Assembly (NCBI GenBank): GCA_002794465.1 | Contig: MTSL01000113.1 | Location: forward strand, 1-32,000 | Length of the DNA stretch: 32,000 nucleotides | Direction of reading: 5' to 3' | From: Paramicrosporidium saccamoebae KSL3 | Lineage: Eukaryota; Fungi; Cryptomycota | Part shown: positions 28,079 through 32,000 of the stretch, piece after piece | Numbering within the stretch: the stretch's first letter is position 1 | Layout of the letters: every line of letters begins with the position of its first letter | Translations under genes and position numbers: made by a program | The notes under the pieces: model-generated | Told to the model about the DNA's origin: nothing | What the model saw: the letters and a program-made list of their open reading frames with translations, nothing else | Database searches by the model: none

Positions 28079-31000
28079 TTACAACTCTAATTTCCAAACT
28101 TTCTCCCAATCTGTAGCAGCCTTGTCGTCGGCAGCTTTGCATTCTTGCACAAGATCCAAAGTCTTTCCCTCAACTTCAGCCTTTAACACCATCTGAACAA
28201 AAGTCCAAAGATCACTGCCCAAAGCATGGCGTAAAGGAATCCATACCTTGTCCCCTTCCGTCCTGTCATATAGCATTTTTGCGTTTGTGGAAGGGGCGTT
28301 TGGATAGAGGTCACTCTGTAGCATGTACAATTTGCCCTTTTGCAGAGTCACCGGCTGTTGTAGCAAAGAACTTTCACATAAATTTGTGGGTCCCGAGTCT
28401 ATGTGGCAATCTAAATACTTTCCCCAATGTAGACAGGACAAGTGTGGCCACGCTGGCCTACTTCCCAGGGTGAAATTTTGATATTGAATGCGGATGCGAA
28501 GAATCGAATCAACAAAGTCATTCTTACTGACGCTGGCCTCTTTAAATTTTCTGAAAATTTCAGATATCGGACCGTGAAGCATTTGTGTATACTGTCCCAA
28601 GTTACTGCATTTTTTGCTGATGGCCGCAAATGCCACCAGCAATCTGGGATCGTATGATACGAGGATGGCTAGAGCGCTGCTAATTTTTGCAAAAGTGCGA
28701 GTGCCTGGCGTTAGGGACTCGAGGAATTCGTGCAACTGTTTGTTGCAGTCATTTACTGTCTCAAAAAACATGGAGGTGATTGAAGTTTTGATAAACTCTC
28801 TTGCTGTATGCGCACTTAAGGCATCTACTAGCTTTTGGCAAGTAGGATCTTCTGCGCACGAGTTGATGACAGTGTCAGGATCAAAAGCGAGGTCCCTTAC
28901 AGATCCAAATACGTTGCTCAGAATGAATGTATCGAATAGATTTGGAAAGACTGCCGCCACATTGTAGCCTATTTGGGCGCCGAGATCATTACCTATCAGA
29001 ATCAATTTGTCGCCCTCGCGCCATCTTGACTCGTCATTCCGTATGGCCATGGCTAACAGCGCAACATCATTGGAAACGTACTCGCCAGAGAGATTTGCCA
29101 TTTTGAGTTCATTGGCTTGGGCCTTGTTCCATGGAACGCCTTTGAGATGGCTATACTCTTCCAGTCCACGATATTGGCTTAGATAGACCACAAAGCCAAG
29201 TCGAGTCAAGGATCTTGCATACTCGAAATTTTTGCTGGTCAAGTATTCCGCCGAGTCGGTTAACAGAATTACATGACCCCCGCTGACGCGGCTATCCTTT
29301 AGCTGGCCGCAATTCCAGACTTTAAATTCGAACCGCTTCTCAACGGACCGCTTGTAGTTGACTGGGAAGGAGATTTGGCACATCCTACAGCCGGACTCGT
29401 CATCTTCAGTTTCTTTGAGCCGAAAGTCTTGGTGTACCAAATTGCCAATCCAGTCTGCGTGTGTGGGCATATCCATTGATGATATGACCGCTCCCTTTCT
29501 AGTCACTGTTGGGAGGGCGATTGGCGCATCTTTTACCATGGACCATATGTTTTTGAATGGATGTTCCGTCTCTGAAAATTCCCATTTGATGGGCTCACTC
29601 TGATTGCTCTCCTCAAAGCACTGCTCTGCGGCCAATGTGGACTGGCCATAGACTGCAGCAAGAATGTATTTGGCTTCGCACGGCCCGGTAAGGTTGTGGC
29701 CACGATTGTTGACTGGTTGAAAGATTTTTGATGGCACGGTTACCCGGTTAAAGAATTCCTCTCCGCCACGGTAGCTTGTTCGAGCATCAAAAAGTCCTTG
29801 CATATGAATTGTTGCAGTCTTTGCAGAGTTAAGGTATCCCTGAGAGTGTTCATCCTGTCCAGCTAGACAAAATTTGCAGAACATGGACGCTGGGAAGGGA
29901 TTGGTGAGCTGATAATTATAGTACGGATGGAGTTCTGAACGTTTTTTTAGCGAGCTGTCATTGGAAATGTTGAAATTGACAATTTGGTTGACAAAGCTGT
30001 TGGATTCGTTAAGACTCCATTCAATCTGTCTGACAGGACCCGTGTCCTGTTTGTACTTTTGAACAGCATTCTTTAGCGGTAAGATGACATTTTCCACGTA
30101 CCCATCAAAGTCAGTACAATCTACGGTCGCCTTGACAAATGGTAGTAAAATTTGAACATTGGTCCACGTTGCTCCCGGTAAGGGCGCTACAAAGACAAAC
30201 TTTCTAAGATAGGCCGAAATGGACGAAATTATAGACTCTGGAGTGCCGCTGGGGATTTCCAGTTGTCGACGCATTTCCTTCACGCAACGATTAGCAAATT
30301 GCTTTCCGAGTCTCTCGACCATTGCTGAAAAGGCAAGGGGAATGTCAGAACCCATTTTAGAGCTGCAGAATGGATCTAATTTGCAGTGCTCCAAGATGCC
30401 CCAAAGAGTGTAAGCTTCTTCCGAGCCGTTGCGCGCTGGCATACCTCCAAGAATGATTGAATCAAACAAATTGGGCGCTAGTTGAGCTGCTTCATGAGCC
30501 CACAATGCGCCATATGAGAATCCGTAGACTGACAGCCGACTGTCAGGGTCACCGTGGCTCAGGGCTGACGCTATTATATTGACATCCAAGGCAGCATTGA
30601 CAAGTTGCAGATCCTTCTCATCAAGTTTCTTGTTGACAATTGCATTCTTGAGATCAGATGTTTCTATTTCCCACGATTCCTTTGTCTCGGTAAATTGACC
30701 TGATTCTCCAAGGCCGCGATGATCAACAAGATAGGTCGCAACGTCGCCATTTGTCAATTCGGAAATGAGCGTCGCATTGTCGCGATATGCCACGCCTGGT
30801 CCTCCAGGACCGCCGTTTAGAAATAGCAAATGTGCTCGTGGGATCTGTCCGCGTTGGGTGTATTGATAAAATGTCAGTTCAAATGTGCCCCCTTCGGGAT
30901 CCTTGTAGTTGGATGGGACCTTGAGTTGGCCCCGTTTGCAGATCCGCCCCTTTGAATAGTGAATGTTGTCTTTTTCACACTTGGACCATTTAATGCAGTC

Positions 31001-31996
31001 TTTGCACTCGGGCCCATTAAATTCTAATAAGATTCTTTCCAAGTCCTTTTGCTCTGGCTGTGGTACATACCCCGCGTCTATTTGTGAGAGGCCCGCAAGG
31101 CGCTTTTTTGGATCATCTAGCAATTCGGGGGTTAAATAATCAAATGTAAACTTGAGATTTTGTCTGCACTTTTCAGAGAAAGCAACTCTCAGCCAGGTAT
31201 ATCGGAGGTACTCCCCTTTGCGTAGGCTTGCACAGAATTCCGGAGGTATGTATTCAATGACTGAGGCCGCATTTTCCACATTCTTTAGCGTAGCGAAAAG
31301 ATGAATTCCAGCGCGCTTCTGGTGACACACAGTGATGCCCTCTGTAATTACTGGTCCCAGAATGTCGTACAAGTTGACAGGAAGGGTTTTGGCTCTGACT
31401 ATCAATGCGTGTGCGAGCAGAGGAACAGTAGCCAGTAACGATTTCAAATGTTCCTCATCAAGGTCGCAACTGGGAAGATTTAATAGGCCAATGTCATCTT
31501 GACCTTTGAACAATTTCTCCGCCCATTCTGGCGCTCGATCTTGAGAAAATAATAGTTCTGCCCACACAAACTGTGGTATTCTAGTTCTATCAGATAAGGC
31601 AACGTTTTGAAAGCCTTGCGGATGCTGTTTCATCCACCCTAGCAGTACGTCTTTGGGGATGACTTGGAACGCTTGCCCAAGTGCTCCTGTGGGTTTGCTA
31701 AAGTATCCCTCGAGGCAATTTTTTGTAACACCGGCCATTGCATACAAGGATACTTGGTCTAAACCTAGCTCATTACAGATCATTGGCTGGTCTAATTTTT
31801 CGCCAAACGAGGCTAGCTGCTCTTTGGTGATTCTTTTGAGTAGCGCGGCTGACAATGGTCCATTATAGAAGGAGAATGCATCTGGACCAAGGTTTTTGAC
31901 TGCCGTATCTCCAGCGGTACCAAGATCTGAAAGATGCGCTACACATGATGGGGGGATGATCACGGAATATATAGCGAAATAATCCAGCTTCATCAT
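28079..31996 (-). CDS. Large protein: uncharacterised N-terminal ~330 aa + intact S33/TAP-like alpha/beta hydrolase + degenerate second hydrolase domain; may be 5'-truncated by the window edge
   Basis: Domain 1 has LNGGPGGPG, VDHRGLGES, GFSYG (Ser 30515-30517), QGLFD and RGH. Domain 2 has SQYRG, GNDLG and PNLFDTFIL. The frame is still open at the right edge, so the start may lie upstream. Confidence 0.88.
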   Translation of the reverse strand: MMKLDYFAIYSVIIPPSCVAHLSDLGTAGDTAVKNLGPDAFSFYNGPLSAALLKRITKEQLASFGEKLDQPMICNELGLDQVSLYAMAGVTKNCLEGYFSKPTGALGQAFQVIPKDVLLGWMKQHPQGFQNVALSDRTRIPQFVWAELLFSQDRAPEWAEKLFKGQDDIGLLNLPSCDLDEEHLKSLLATVPLLAHALIVRAKTLPVNLYDILGPVITEGITVCHQKRAGIHLFATLKNVENAASVIEYIPPEFCASLRKGEYLRYTWLRVAFSEKCRQNLKFTFDYLTPELLDDPKKRLAGLSQIDAGYVPQPEQKDLERILLEFNGPECKDCIKWSKCEKDNIHYSKGRICKRGQLKVPSNYKDPEGGTFELTFYQYTQRGQIPRAHLLFLNGGPGGPGVAYRDNATLISELTNGDVATYLVDHRGLGESGQFTETKESWEIETSDLKNAIVNKKLDEKDLQLVNAALDVNIIASALSHGDPDSRLSVYGFSYGALWAHEAAQLAPNLFDSIILGGMPARNGSEEAYTLWGILEHCKLDPFCSSKMGSDIPLAFSAMVERLGKQFANRCVKEMRRQLEIPSGTPESIISSISAYLRKFVFVAPLPGATWTNVQILLPFVKATVDCTDFDGYVENVILPLKNAVQKYKQDTGPVRQIEWSLNESNSFVNQIVNFNISNDSSLKKRSELHPYYNYQLTNPFPASMFCKFCLAGQDEHSQGYLNSAKTATIHMQGLFDARTSYRGGEEFFNRVTVPSKIFQPVNNRGHNLTGPCEAKYILAAVYGQSTLAAEQCFEESNQSEPIKWEFSETEHPFKNIWSMVKDAPIALPTVTRKGAVISSMDMPTHADWIGNLVHQDFRLKETEDDESGCRMCQISFPVNYKRSVEKRFEFKVWNCGQLKDSRVSGGHVILLTDSAEYLTSKNFEYARSLTRLGFVVYLSQYRGLEEYSHLKGVPWNKAQANELKMANLSGEYVSNDVALLAMAIRNDESRWREGDKLILIGNDLGAQIGYNVAAVFPNLFDTFILSNVFGSVRDLAFDPDTVINSCAEDPTCQKLVDALSAHTAREFIKTSITSMFFETVNDCNKQLHEFLESLTPGTRTFAKISSALAILVSYDPRLLVAFAAISKKCSNLGQYTQMLHGPISEIFRKFKEASVSKNDFVDSILRIRIQYQNFTLGSRPAWPHLSCLHWGKYLDCHIDSGPTNLCESSLLQQPVTLQKGKLYMLQSDLYPNAPSTNAKMLYDRTEGDKVWIPLRHALGSDLWTFVQMVLKAEVEGKTLDLVQECKAADDKAATDWEKVWKLEL

Positions 31997-32000
31997 TGCG

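Noticed and set aside
657-31868. Numerous 60-180 aa ORFs overlapping the large genes
   Set aside because: They are alternate-frame or antisense shadows with no recognisable motifs.

Overview
A gene-dense eukaryotic window with fungal-type proteins, intergenic gaps of roughly 50-600 bp and very short (29-36 nt) GTA...YAG introns. This fits a compact early-diverging fungus; a Rozellomycota or microsporidia relative such as Paramicrosporidium is my inference, not something shown. The housekeeping genes are an Osh1/2-type ANK-PH-FFAT-ORD lipid transfer protein, an ABCC/MRP transporter, an RMND1/DUF155 protein, GCN2 (whose RWD domain lies in five extra 5' exons missed by the ORF track), Doa10/MARCH6, Ubp12/USP15 and cytochrome c1 (two exons). 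A 4-TM protein and a small orphan ORF are also present. The accessory content in the right third is a bacterial-type DHFR/RibD_C gene, a secreted ankyrin-like repeat gene with a nearby frameshifted paralogue, and a 1305-aa protein with one intact and one degenerate S33 alpha/beta-hydrolase domain. These accessory genes are all bordered by copies of one unannotated ~170-212 bp solo-LTR-like family (TGT...ACA ends, 4-bp target-site duplications). Two copies bracket the secreted ankyrin gene in inverted orientation and share 43/44 identical inner bases.
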